Below are positions 19,309 through 28,544 of a stretch of 64,000 nt of DNA, one piece after another (within the stretch, counting starts at the first letter, position 1; each line of letters begins with the position of its first letter). Below the pieces are notes generated by a model. The model saw only the letters and a list, made by a program, of their open reading frames with translations. It was not told the DNA's origin and ran no database searches. A program made the position numbers and the translations under genes. Origin of the DNA: Bdellovibrionales bacterium (GTDB taxonomy: Bacteria; Bdellovibrionota; Bdellovibrionia; Bdellovibrionales; JAGQZY01); the NCBI GenBank assembly GCA_964230645.1, contig CAXRHT010000001.1:640001-704000 (forward strand). The letters are read 5' to 3'.

Positions 19309-19316
19309 ACCGATAA
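19309..19316 (+). promoter_or_regulatory. Sigma-28-like -10 box driving a near-leaderless gene
   Basis: ACCGATAA 6 nt before ATG 19323; weak -35 match. Confidence 0.4.
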
Positions 19317-19322
19317 TGAGGT

Positions 19323-19766
19323 ATGAGATTTTTTAAAGGTTTTTTCAAATTCGTTATTAATTCCCTATTCTTCTCCGCTGTTTTTTCTCTATCAGTGCAA
19401 GTCTTTGCTGAAGAGCTCTCCAAAGTGGACTCAGAAGCCCTACAAAAAACTGTGGACTTGATGAACAATCGCTCCCAGCGAAATGAAATGATTGAAAATA
19501 ATCCAGGAGCTAAAAAAGCCGATGATATGACAAGAAAACTTTTTGGAGATGGAGCCGAGCTTGATGCTGCTTACAAAGCGGCTGCACAAATTTTTCGAAA
19601 ACTGGCTGCGGAAAATAACGGTGATATCCAGAAGATGATGGAGCAGATCAATAATGGACAGAAAAATCCTGAAGCTTTTTACAAAAATTTAGGGCCCCAA
19701 GAAAGGCAGTTGATCAAGAACCTTTCCAAGGGGGTTGAAGATCGCACTAAAAACTCCAATCCCTAA
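19323..19766 (+). CDS. Secreted alpha-helical hypothetical protein
   Basis: Signal peptide ending in VFA; 147 aa; followed by a terminator. Confidence 0.75.
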   Translation: MRFFKGFFKFVINSLFFSAVFSLSVQVFAEELSKVDSEALQKTVDLMNNRSQRNEMIENNPGAKKADDMTRKLFGDGAELDAAYKAAAQIFRKLAAENNGDIQKMMEQINNGQKNPEAFYKNLGPQERQLIKNLSKGVEDRTKNSNP

Positions 19767-19788
19767 TTTTTAAATGCAAATATAAATA

Positions 19789-19819
19789 AAAAAAGGACTC
19801 TCATCTGGAGTCCTTTTTT
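19789..19819. terminator. Bidirectional intrinsic terminator
   Basis: AAAAAAGGACTC-TCATCTG-GAGTCCTTTTTT between convergent genes. Confidence 0.85.
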
Positions 19820-19841
19820 AGTTTCTAAAAGCTCGACTATT

Positions 19842-22007
19842 TTATAGATCGTAGTCTTCAAAGAGCTGCTCGATAAGAGACTTCTCTGTACTGTTGAGCT
19901 CCCTTGGATCCTCGTTATAAAGATTTCTGATCCACCACGGAGCCTCTAAGCGATAGTAGTTGCCATTGTATTCACTGGAGCTTCTTTCTGACTTGGCCTC
20001 ACCTCTTTGAGCAAGGTCTCCTGTGGTCCCCATCCACCAGCGGCTTGAGTAAGGCAGATCTTTACGAGGTATCACAAACATCGCTTCAAGATCTTCTGGA
20101 TTGAGTTTCACACCCATCACACTCGCCACACCGATCCAATTGGAAACATGGTCAAACTCTTTTGTCGGTTGATCCATTTCAATGACTTCTAAAATGTTGC
20201 CCCCTTCGGTTGACTTAAGCTCACTCGCCAAAGCTTGGGAAACCGGCCCCATAGCAAGAAGGGTTTTATCTCCCTTAAGTTGCTTTAATACAGCCTTAAG
20301 AGTTTTAACAGCACTCCTACCCTGGCTGTCTTCTGTTTTGGCCAAGGCTATTTTTTGCTCAGTTTCAATCCCTATAGTATCGACAGGTAGGGGTCTAAGA
20401 ATCAGGTAGGAATCGGCAGTCTCTAAGCCCACCTTCTGCAACCAGGTTTGTAAAGTTTGACCAGCCTCGCCTGTTAAAGCCCGAGTGGAAAACATATCTG
20501 TGTGACTCATTTGATCAGCAAGTATCACCACTTCAGGGTTCTCAAGATTTCCACGGTAGCTCGCGCCAAATCCAAAAGATTCATGATTAACGTAAGCTTC
20601 TGTATCGATCTCTTGAAAGTTAGGCCAACTCATAAGAGCCTCCGCCATCTTGGGATTGGTCGGTCCGGGATCAAATTGCTGCACATGCTCGAGATCCCCT
20701 TCTTCTTCGCCAAACTCCGAGTATCGAGGAGGCTCGTAGGGAACTTCGTTTTCTTTCATTCCGTACACTCGGCCCTCAGCCATATCTAAAAGTTGGGCTC
20801 GAGTCGCCTCTGGCGCGAAATAATCATTAAAGTCCATCACTCTTAAAGCATTGCTCGTCTTTGACTCTTCGTAATCGCCTTGCTCACTAAAAATTAAAAT
20901 CTGATCTTGGCCGTTTCGATTCGATGTTGTTCCTGCATGTCCCATTCTCCAATTGGTGGCAAAAGCAAAGTCGCGAAAGGGAACGGGAGCATAGCCGTAC
21001 TCGAAATAGCCAGTATTTAGCCTCTCCATTCTAGGACCACCGTAACATTGTGCAAACTTCTCTTCCTGAGGATCGGCTTTGAGCCAACCTGGATTATTTT
21101 CTATGTATTGAGCCACCGTTTTAGCCGCTCTCCCGAAAGAGGAGCGAACCATTTGAGCGCCCCCATCAAATTTTGCAGAGCCAGGATGAACAACTCCAAA
21201 CACAAGAATAGTTTCGTCTCCATCGAGCACACCTTGATCAGCAAAGTGTTTTACAAGTTTATCGGTTTTGCAATCTTCAAGAGCGTCTTTGTCACAAGCC
21301 ATATCTCCACTTCGAGAGTTGATCCAAGTGGCCAGTGAGTCTTTAGCTCCCCCACCCACGGCCATTATCAAAGCCAGAGATTCTGGGTTCTGCTTAACCA
21401 CATTATCAAAAAGTTGATGGCGGTACTGCACGATTGGACTATTGTAACCTTGCTCCATGGCAACGTAGTTGTCGTACTGTTCATCACTTCTCTCTGTCAC
21501 ACGTTGACCAAAGATTGTGTAAACAAAAGTGTTAAGAAACAAATAGCTCTCATAGATTCCCATGTGATTGAGAAACTTTTGCACATTAGTTCCTGTTGAG
21601 CCAGTGAACGCACGATTGGTAACATTTTCGTCTTGCGCTCCCTCTTGTCCAACCACAAATACTTTAACTTCGTTTTTTCCAAGTCGACCGCGATACCACA
21701 TCGGTCCCATCTGCCAACGAAACTTTTCATCCTCTCCGCCCATGATTTCTTTACCCACTTCACGGTAATTGGGAACTTGTCCAAAAAGTTTCAACCAAGA
21801 TTCACTTTCTTCCTGATAGGGGCCCGGATCAAATTCCGCAGGACTTCCTCTTCTCTCATCGTAAGCGAAACCATCAACCCAAGCGGCAGATAGAGTGCTT
21901 CCTCGGTAATAATAATCGTGACAAGATCTTTCCCCAAAATCGGCTTGCGAGATAGAGCTCACCAGCATAATCAAACCAATTAGGCAGATATTTAGAAACT
22001 GAATCAT
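19842..22007 (-). CDS. Secreted protein with two tandem uracil-DNA glycosylase-superfamily domains
   Basis: Signal peptide (SQA|D). Domain 1: YRGRL..VFVVGQEGAQDE..RAFTGSTG..YLFLNTF..VVHPGS. Domain 2: YRGNL..VVILADQ..RALTGEAG. FDPGP occurs twice. Confidence 0.7.
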   Translation of the reverse strand: MIQFLNICLIGLIMLVSSISQADFGERSCHDYYYRGSTLSAAWVDGFAYDERRGSPAEFDPGPYQEESESWLKLFGQVPNYREVGKEIMGGEDEKFRWQMGPMWYRGRLGKNEVKVFVVGQEGAQDENVTNRAFTGSTGTNVQKFLNHMGIYESYLFLNTFVYTIFGQRVTERSDEQYDNYVAMEQGYNSPIVQYRHQLFDNVVKQNPESLALIMAVGGGAKDSLATWINSRSGDMACDKDALEDCKTDKLVKHFADQGVLDGDETILVFGVVHPGSAKFDGGAQMVRSSFGRAAKTVAQYIENNPGWLKADPQEEKFAQCYGGPRMERLNTGYFEYGYAPVPFRDFAFATNWRMGHAGTTSNRNGQDQILIFSEQGDYEESKTSNALRVMDFNDYFAPEATRAQLLDMAEGRVYGMKENEVPYEPPRYSEFGEEEGDLEHVQQFDPGPTNPKMAEALMSWPNFQEIDTEAYVNHESFGFGASYRGNLENPEVVILADQMSHTDMFSTRALTGEAGQTLQTWLQKVGLETADSYLILRPLPVDTIGIETEQKIALAKTEDSQGRSAVKTLKAVLKQLKGDKTLLAMGPVSQALASELKSTEGGNILEVIEMDQPTKEFDHVSNWIGVASVMGVKLNPEDLEAMFVIPRKDLPYSSRWWMGTTGDLAQRGEAKSERSSSEYNGNYYRLEAPWWIRNLYNEDPRELNSTEKSLIEQLFEDYDL

Positions 22008-22068
22008 TTTATATTCTCCCGGGCTTGTTTTAAATTCGCCCTTATGTACTGCTGTCCGGTAGCTTGCC

Positions 22069-22168
22069 CAATGTCCTCCTGCGCAGCAAAGGATTCAATG
22101 TCCTCCTGAGCGTAGCGAAGGATCTTAGGTCTTTCGCTTCGCTCAAGACGACACGGCTCAAGACGACA
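22069..22168. repeat. Nested imperfect palindrome (family C)
   Basis: Hairpin 22099-22153 TGTCCTCCTGAGCGTAGCGAAGGATCT-T-AGGTCTTTCGCTTCGCTCAAGACGACA with partial duplicate arms on both sides. Confidence 0.8.
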
Positions 22169-22409
22169 TCTTTAAAGATCCACCGTATGGCAGTTGGCCT
22201 AAATTAGATAAGTTGAGGAATTACAGCAAGTTATCTACTCGTTTCTGAAAAGTTTATAAGAACTTAGTGAGTGGATTGTTCGCTAGTGCTTAAGTTTACC
22301 TGTGTTCAAGGGTTTAGAGAGCTTTCAACCTTAGGATTTGGTTTTAATTGTTAAGAATAACAAAAAAAGAATGGAACGTTCTTTTTTTTAGCAGAGAACT
22401 CACAGGCTA

Positions 22410-23288
22410 CTAAAGTTTCATTTTTGGATCGAAGGCATCTCTTAAACCATCACCCAGGAGCTGGAATGCCATGAGTGTAAAAAAGAGGGCTGCTCCTGGG
22501 AAGAGAATAAGATGAGGGTAGCTCTCCAGTAAATCGGCTCCATCTGAGGCTAAAACACCCCACGAGGAGTAAGGAGGTTGTAAGCCAAGACCAATAAAAC
22601 TCAGAAAACTTTCAAAGAGAATATTACCTGGAATTCTAAAGGTGAGCATAACGATAATGGGACCCAGAATGTTTGGAAACACATGACGCCACAACAGTTG
22701 AACATGACCAAATCCAAGAGCTTTTCCAGCCTCGATATAAGCCATTTGTCTGACTTGCAGAACCTGCCCTCGCACAAGACGGGCCAAACTCACCCAACCC
22801 ACAATACTAAGGGCAATTAAAGTTCCGGTAAGAGCTTTCAATTCTGGGTGAGAGAATAGATCAAGACTATCAAAAATAACCTTGATTAAAATCATAATAA
22901 CTAACGAAGGAATGGAATAAGCAATATCCACAGCCCTCATCATAAAACTATCAACCCAGCCACCAAACCAGCCGGAAAGTGCACCGTAGATCGCGCCAAA
23001 TATCAGAGAAATTACCGCTGTTATAATTCCAACGGCCATAGACATTCTCGCTCCATAAATAATGCGACTAAACAGGTCGCGGCCTAATTTATCCGTCCCT
23101 AACCAAAACTGTGAATTGGGAGATTCTAGTAGATGATCGATATGTTGTTCGTCGAAAGGATAGGGAGTGATCCATTTGGCGACCAAGGCTACAAAACAAA
23201 GAAAAACAATAAAGATCAGACAAACAAAGGCCACTTTATTTTTCTTTAAATTATAAAATCCTTCCACCAACCAATTGTCTGACTTCAT
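22410..23288 (-). CDS. oppC: Oligopeptide ABC transporter permease OppC
   Basis: LGTDKLGRDLFSR, ARLVRGQ, EAA-like loop, LGDGLRDAFDPK. Confidence 0.93.
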   Translation of the reverse strand: MKSDNWLVEGFYNLKKNKVAFVCLIFIVFLCFVALVAKWITPYPFDEQHIDHLLESPNSQFWLGTDKLGRDLFSRIIYGARMSMAVGIITAVISLIFGAIYGALSGWFGGWVDSFMMRAVDIAYSIPSLVIMILIKVIFDSLDLFSHPELKALTGTLIALSIVGWVSLARLVRGQVLQVRQMAYIEAGKALGFGHVQLLWRHVFPNILGPIIVMLTFRIPGNILFESFLSFIGLGLQPPYSSWGVLASDGADLLESYPHLILFPGAALFFTLMAFQLLGDGLRDAFDPKMKL

Positions 23289-24412
23289 GACACCTCAATC
23301 CTTGGGTCGACCACTTTATAGAGAATATCGACCACCATATTGGCGAAAATCAGCATTAATGAAAAAAGGAGTGTGAGAGCCATAATCAAAGGATAGTCTC
23401 GATTGAACACACTCTGTACGAAATATTTAGCGATACCTGGAATAGCAAAAATAATTTCTACGATGAAAGAGCCTGAGAGAATTCCCGCCACCAAAGGACC
23501 GGCGTAGGTCAACACTGGTACCAGAGAGTTTCTTAGGACATGATGATAAAGAACCACCTTTTCACTCAATCCTTTCGAGCGAGCCGTGCGAACAAAATCC
23601 GAATGGATCACATCAAGAACACTGGTTCTTGTGAGTCGAGCAATAAAGGCCGCCGGCCGCACTCCCAGAGTCACCACCGGCAAAATATAATGCCTCGGTG
23701 AGTGCCAGAGAGCGGCTGGCAGTAGAATATCGTTTTCAAAAAGCCATTGGTAAAGACTTGGGAAAAGGACATTAATAGGCCAACCAAAACTAAAGATATA
23801 AATTAGAATAGGTGCGACCAAAAAACTAGGAAGGGAAATTCCACTAATGGCCACAATCATGGCGCCACTGTCCCATTTGGTACCATGATTGGCCGCCGCC
23901 AGAAGGCCTAAGGGAACCCCAATCACAAAAGAAAGGATTAAGGCGTAAAATCCTAACTTAAAGGATACTGGAAAAGCATCTTTAATTATACTTACAACCT
24001 CTCTCCCCTCATATTTATAAGAATACCCGAGGTGTCCAGTGGCAATGCCAATCATATGATCGGCGTATTGCTCAATAAGAGGCTTATCAAGACCATACTT
24101 TTTCTCAATATTAGCTTTCACATGCTGAGGTAGAGCTTTTTCTTCATCAAAGGGGCCACCCGGTAGCAAACGCAAAAGAAGGAAAGTCATACTTGCAATG
24201 ACAAAGATGACAAACAAAGAGGAGAAAAGCCTTTTGATAAAGAACAAAGTCAGATCTTGCATAAAAATGCCGTAGAAAAGAGAAACGGCAAAAAGAAACC
24301 AAAAAGGGTAAAGTAAAAAATTGGGAACGTACATCATGCTAAGATCACAGAGCACTAAGCTTATTCCAAGAAGACTGGTAAACCAGAATAAAATGGGCCC
24401 GACAAGCTTCAT
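23285..24412 (-). CDS. oppB: Oligopeptide ABC transporter permease OppB with an N-terminal hydrophobic extension
   Basis: PGGPF, YGLDKP, FVRTARSKGL, NRDYPLI, VDPRI. Confidence 0.93.
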   Translation of the reverse strand: MKLVGPILFWFTSLLGISLVLCDLSMMYVPNFLLYPFWFLFAVSLFYGIFMQDLTLFFIKRLFSSLFVIFVIASMTFLLLRLLPGGPFDEEKALPQHVKANIEKKYGLDKPLIEQYADHMIGIATGHLGYSYKYEGREVVSIIKDAFPVSFKLGFYALILSFVIGVPLGLLAAANHGTKWDSGAMIVAISGISLPSFLVAPILIYIFSFGWPINVLFPSLYQWLFENDILLPAALWHSPRHYILPVVTLGVRPAAFIARLTRTSVLDVIHSDFVRTARSKGLSEKVVLYHHVLRNSLVPVLTYAGPLVAGILSGSFIVEIIFAIPGIAKYFVQSVFNRDYPLIMALTLLFSLMLIFANMVVDILYKVVDPRIEVS

Positions 24413-26019
24413 TTCTGAGCCTCCAAATCAAACAGAAAAAAATGATAAAGATCTAAAACGTTATTACTGAAATTCTTTATTCTCTGACTCACAAGCAGTT
24501 GGTTAACGTCAGTCATAAGAGGGATAACAGGAACTTCGTCTTCTACCAAAAGCTTTTGCGCTTTTCGATAGATCTCTAATCGTTTCTGCGCCTCGACTTC
24601 TTTAACCCCTTGTTCAACTAGCTTATCGTATTGCTTGTTTTCCCAGCCTGTACGGTTGTTCTCAGAGAAACTTGTCATGATCGCCATAAAATTATGGGGA
24701 TCCGCGTAGTCGGCCACCCAACCCAAGCGAAAAATAGAATAAGCCGAAGCACTTCTTAGACCGTTTAAAAAAGTTTTCCATTCCTCATTTTTTATTTCGA
24801 CTTTCACATCCAAATTTCTTTTCAATTGGGCCTGAATGTTTTCAGCCACACGTTTGTGTTTTTCCTCGGTGTTGAAACCAAGAACCAGTGTTGGAAAAGT
24901 GCTTCTATTTTTAAATCCAGCCTGATCTAAAAGTTCTCGGGCTTTTTGAGGATCAAAAGAAAGACCAATATCATCCTCGTGCCCGAACATCCCCTGAGGC
25001 ACCCAACTTGTCAGTGGCTTCTGCCCTCCTCCAAGAATTTTTACCACTTCTTTGCGATTAATTGCGTAGGAAAGGGCTCTTCGAACCAACTTATTACCAA
25101 GAGGCTTTTTACCAACTTTAATTCCATAGTAATAAAGTCGTAGACCGGGATGAGTTCGAAATTCCTCCCATTTACGAAGTCTGGGGATCTCTGAGCTGGG
25201 AAGATCGCGAATAAAATCTATTTTCCCCTGTTGAAACATTCTCAATGCGGTCGAGGGTTTTCCAATCATATAATAAACGATGAACTCAATGGAGGGCTTT
25301 TTACCCCAGTAATTTTCGTTTCTTCTTAGTACTATGCGGCTGTCATGGTGCCAATACACCAATTTGTAAGGTCCAAGAGTCACAATATTTTGAGGCTCGG
25401 TCCAAAGTGGGCCATGCTTTTTAATAACGTCTCGTCTTACAGGAAAGGTGGTGTGATGAGTGAGAAGCATCGGAAAAAAGGCCATGGGCTGTTTTAGGGT
25501 AAACTCCACTTGATAAGGGCCAAGGGCTTTGACTCCCACTTGGCTGAAGTCATTGAGTTTGCCTGAGTTGAAGGCACGCGCATTTTTAATGGGAAAAATA
25601 TTGTCGACGGCGATGGCGGCCGACTCTGGAGTCAGAATGTACTCAAAAGAATCAAGAACATGCTTAGAAGTAAATTCCACTCCGTCAGTCCAACGAACAT
25701 TTTCTCTTAACTGAAATACCCACTTCTGCCCCCCGTCTTTTTCCTGCCAACTTGTTGCAAGAGCGGGTTTTAATTCCAGTCCCGGTTTTGAAAGATCAAA
25801 ACGGACGAGTCCTTCCATTATGTTTTCTTGAATCCAGCTGGAGTCCGTATCAGAGGAAAGTAGCCAATCGAGTTTTGGAGGCTCAGAGGTGATAACCGTG
25901 GCTAGGGTTTTGTCATCTTGTAGTTTTACCCTTTCTCCACTGGGTAAAACAATGGAGGGAGTCCCTCCCCAGGTGCAGCCTGCTAGTATAAAAACCAATA
26001 CAATTATCCTAAAACTCAC
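24409..26019 (-). CDS. oppA: Oligopeptide ABC transporter substrate-binding lipoprotein OppA
   Basis: Lipobox LAGC; EGLV, PALATSW, WTDG, GPYKL, GWVADYADP. Confidence 0.93.
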   Translation of the reverse strand: MSFRIIVLVFILAGCTWGGTPSIVLPSGERVKLQDDKTLATVITSEPPKLDWLLSSDTDSSWIQENIMEGLVRFDLSKPGLELKPALATSWQEKDGGQKWVFQLRENVRWTDGVEFTSKHVLDSFEYILTPESAAIAVDNIFPIKNARAFNSGKLNDFSQVGVKALGPYQVEFTLKQPMAFFPMLLTHHTTFPVRRDVIKKHGPLWTEPQNIVTLGPYKLVYWHHDSRIVLRRNENYWGKKPSIEFIVYYMIGKPSTALRMFQQGKIDFIRDLPSSEIPRLRKWEEFRTHPGLRLYYYGIKVGKKPLGNKLVRRALSYAINRKEVVKILGGGQKPLTSWVPQGMFGHEDDIGLSFDPQKARELLDQAGFKNRSTFPTLVLGFNTEEKHKRVAENIQAQLKRNLDVKVEIKNEEWKTFLNGLRSASAYSIFRLGWVADYADPHNFMAIMTSFSENNRTGWENKQYDKLVEQGVKEVEAQKRLEIYRKAQKLLVEDEVPVIPLMTDVNQLLVSQRIKNFSNNVLDLYHFFLFDLEAQK

Positions 26020-26220
26020 ACTCTCAAGAGTGCTTCAAGCTCTCTTGTTAGGCAAGGATTTATTAAAATCTCTCCTTATTTTAGGTATTTACCTTTAAGG
26101 CAGGAGCACACTTTAGATGATTAATAAATATTATGAGAGTCTAATATAATGAATAATTTTCATTAATGTTAGGAAATCTGTATAACAACTCTATAACAAC
26201 TTCTTCCAAAGGGGGAGAGA

Positions 26221-26511
26221 ATGAAAGCACTTATTTTTACATTGATTATCGGACTTAGCTCACTGGCCCAAGCTCGTGAGGGCATTAATCCTGAGTTTAT
26301 GACGGCCCAGCAACAAATTCAGCTCCTCCAGGTACTTAATCAGTTGGAACCCGAAGTTCTTTCAAGCATGCTTTCTGATGAAGGCCTGGACTGGTACATT
26401 GCTCAATACAACCGCATGGCTGATGAGGGTGAAATCATCGTTGAGGAAGCTCATAGTCGTATCGACTTAGGAAGCAACCCCTACGACGATCCTAACGCTC
26501 CAAGCTTCTAA
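26221..26511 (+). CDS. Small secreted hypothetical protein
   Basis: GGGGGAG RBS; signal peptide ending in AQA; followed by a terminator. Confidence 0.75.
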   Translation: MKALIFTLIIGLSSLAQAREGINPEFMTAQQQIQLLQVLNQLEPEVLSSMLSDEGLDWYIAQYNRMADEGEIIVEEAHSRIDLGSNPYDDPNAPSF

Positions 26512-26538
26512 GCCTGAGATCAAAAAAATTTAATTTCT

Positions 26539-26570
26539 AAAAAAGCCTTTCATTAAGAAAGGCTTTTTTT
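26539..26570 (+). terminator. Intrinsic terminator
   Basis: AAAAAAGCCTTTC-ATTAA-GAAAGGCTTTTTTT. Confidence 0.85.
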
Positions 26571-26614
26571 ATTTGCTTCTTCACAAGCCTTCATTCCTCC
26601 GCTACCCTTTTTAT

Positions 26615-27619
26615 ATGAACGACATCTACGCACGCACCAATAATATTTGCTTGGTTTTTTTAACAATCGTCACAGGGACTGTGGCTCTGGTCTATATGAG
26701 ACCTATGCTGATCCCCTTAATCTTCGCCATTTTTGTCTATGCTATTCTCACTCCCCTTGTGCGCTGGATTCGAGTTAAGACAAGGCTACCTAAATCTTTA
26801 GCTGTACTTATCTCAATGGGGCTCTTCACTTTGGGTTTAACCATGATTGTATTTATCATCATTCAATCTGTTGAAAACTTTGTGGAAGGTGTGCCGAAGT
26901 ATAAAGAAAGTTTGAATACCGCAATTTACTTTGTTCAAACTCAGTTGGACCGCTTTGATGTGGATATCAATCTACAAAAAATCCAAGAACTCGTTAGAGG
27001 CTTACCCCTTTTTAATTATGCGCAAAGGTTGACCACACAACTCTTCTCCTTTTTAGGAAATCTTTTTCTCGTGTTTATTTTCACGGTTTTTATGATGACC
27101 GGAGAATCCCGAAGCACTCAGAAAGGTCCCTTTTTAAAAGAAGTGCTTCACAAAGTCTCCTCTTATGTGGTCTCCAAATTTTTTCTGTCATTGGCAACCG
27201 GTCTACTCGTAGGGATTGTTCTTTTAATTTTTCAAGTTGAGCTTGCTTTTATCTTTGCCTTACTCACTATTCTTCTCAACTTTATACCGAACATTGGATC
27301 CATTGTGGCCGTTCTTCTCCCCTTACCCATAGTATTTTTACAATACCAGTTTGGTTGGGTCTTCTGGGTGGTCTTAGCACTCTCAGGCCTAATTCAGTTT
27401 ACTGTTGGAAATGTGATTGAGCCCAAAATGATGGGTGATTCCATGGATCTTCACCCCATCACAGTTTTAATTTGTTTAATTTTTTGGGGAATGGTTTGGG
27501 GGATTGCCGGTATGTTTTTAGCTGTTCCCATTACAGCCGTTTTAAAAATTATCTTTACAAAGATTGAGGCCACACAAACCTTGGCTGAAATTTTAGCGGG
27601 CCGTTTACCTGAACGATAA
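26615..27619 (+). CDS. AI-2E family transporter
   Basis: Multiple TM helices; LNFIPNIGS, GNVIEPKMMG, WGIAGMFLAVPITA. Confidence 0.9.
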   Translation: MNDIYARTNNICLVFLTIVTGTVALVYMRPMLIPLIFAIFVYAILTPLVRWIRVKTRLPKSLAVLISMGLFTLGLTMIVFIIIQSVENFVEGVPKYKESLNTAIYFVQTQLDRFDVDINLQKIQELVRGLPLFNYAQRLTTQLFSFLGNLFLVFIFTVFMMTGESRSTQKGPFLKEVLHKVSSYVVSKFFLSLATGLLVGIVLLIFQVELAFIFALLTILLNFIPNIGSIVAVLLPLPIVFLQYQFGWVFWVVLALSGLIQFTVGNVIEPKMMGDSMDLHPITVLICLIFWGMVWGIAGMFLAVPITAVLKIIFTKIEATQTLAEILAGRLPER

Positions 27620-27648
27620 AAAAACCGCAGTGGTCACTGCGGTCCTTT
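27618..27648. terminator. Intrinsic terminator between convergent genes
   Basis: ACCGCAGTG-GT-CACTGCGGT with an upstream A run. Confidence 0.7.
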
Positions 27649-27668
27649 CAAAAATTCAACGAATAGCC

Positions 27669-28367
27669 TTAGGCTTCACACTCACTAGGAAAGTCGACAA
27701 AGCCATTGCGATAGTAATGCTGTTTAGATTCTCCTTTTGGAATCATCACCCACATTGCTCCAGAGTAGGCATCGTAGCTTTTAAAAAGTTCAAACTCCCG
27801 GACCATTCCCTCAACCTCAACGGAAACAATAATTACATGGGACTCGATGGTGACTTGAAAACTCCCTTCTACTTTATGCCACTGCCAATAAGGCTCAGAG
27901 TCTAGCAACTCAAGCCATTGGTATTCGACCTTGTTTCCCTCTTTAAAACGGTAAAAGGTTGTATTTCCATAAACACCAGGAGCGGGTCCCCACATTACTA
28001 CACGATTAAGAGCGTGCTCAAAGCTTGAAGGATCTCTTGGATCGAGCATATTCATAACGTCTTTAAGGAAAAGCGTATCCGCCAGAGTTTTCGTAACACT
28101 TGAGGGCAGAGTAAAAAGTCTTCCAACTTCATTGTTCCATTCTCTGTTGCTATCAAATGCGTAGCGAGCCTGTTGAACGAGTTTGGCGATCTCAGGGGTG
28201 TAAACTTCCACCACTCCTCCACAGGGGCCATCGGTTTGATGAATATCAGAAAGGTCTTCAGCCAACTGCAAGTAGGACTGTTCAATCTCAAGGACTTTGC
28301 TGTTTTTCTCGGACGCTTGAGCCTGGGTCATTACAAGTGAAGCTATTAAAATTATTAAAGTTTTCAT
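27669..28367 (-). CDS. Secreted hypothetical protein
   Basis: AAGGAG RBS; signal peptide ending in AQA; no recognisable family. Confidence 0.75.
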   Translation of the reverse strand: MKTLIILIASLVMTQAQASEKNSKVLEIEQSYLQLAEDLSDIHQTDGPCGGVVEVYTPEIAKLVQQARYAFDSNREWNNEVGRLFTLPSSVTKTLADTLFLKDVMNMLDPRDPSSFEHALNRVVMWGPAPGVYGNTTFYRFKEGNKVEYQWLELLDSEPYWQWHKVEGSFQVTIESHVIIVSVEVEGMVREFELFKSYDAYSGAMWVMIPKGESKQHYYRNGFVDFPSECEA

Positions 28368-28544
28368 GATTTCTCCTTTGTTAAGTTCAGGATTAATTTA
28401 CCTCTATTTTCCGATAAAAATAGATTTTTGAACTTAATTTCGGAGGTGTAAATTAATTATTTAGTTAATTAAACACTCTAAATTACTGAAATTAAAAAAA
28501 CGACACCCCCGCGCCCATGATATAAAGGAGGGCCAAACAATGTA

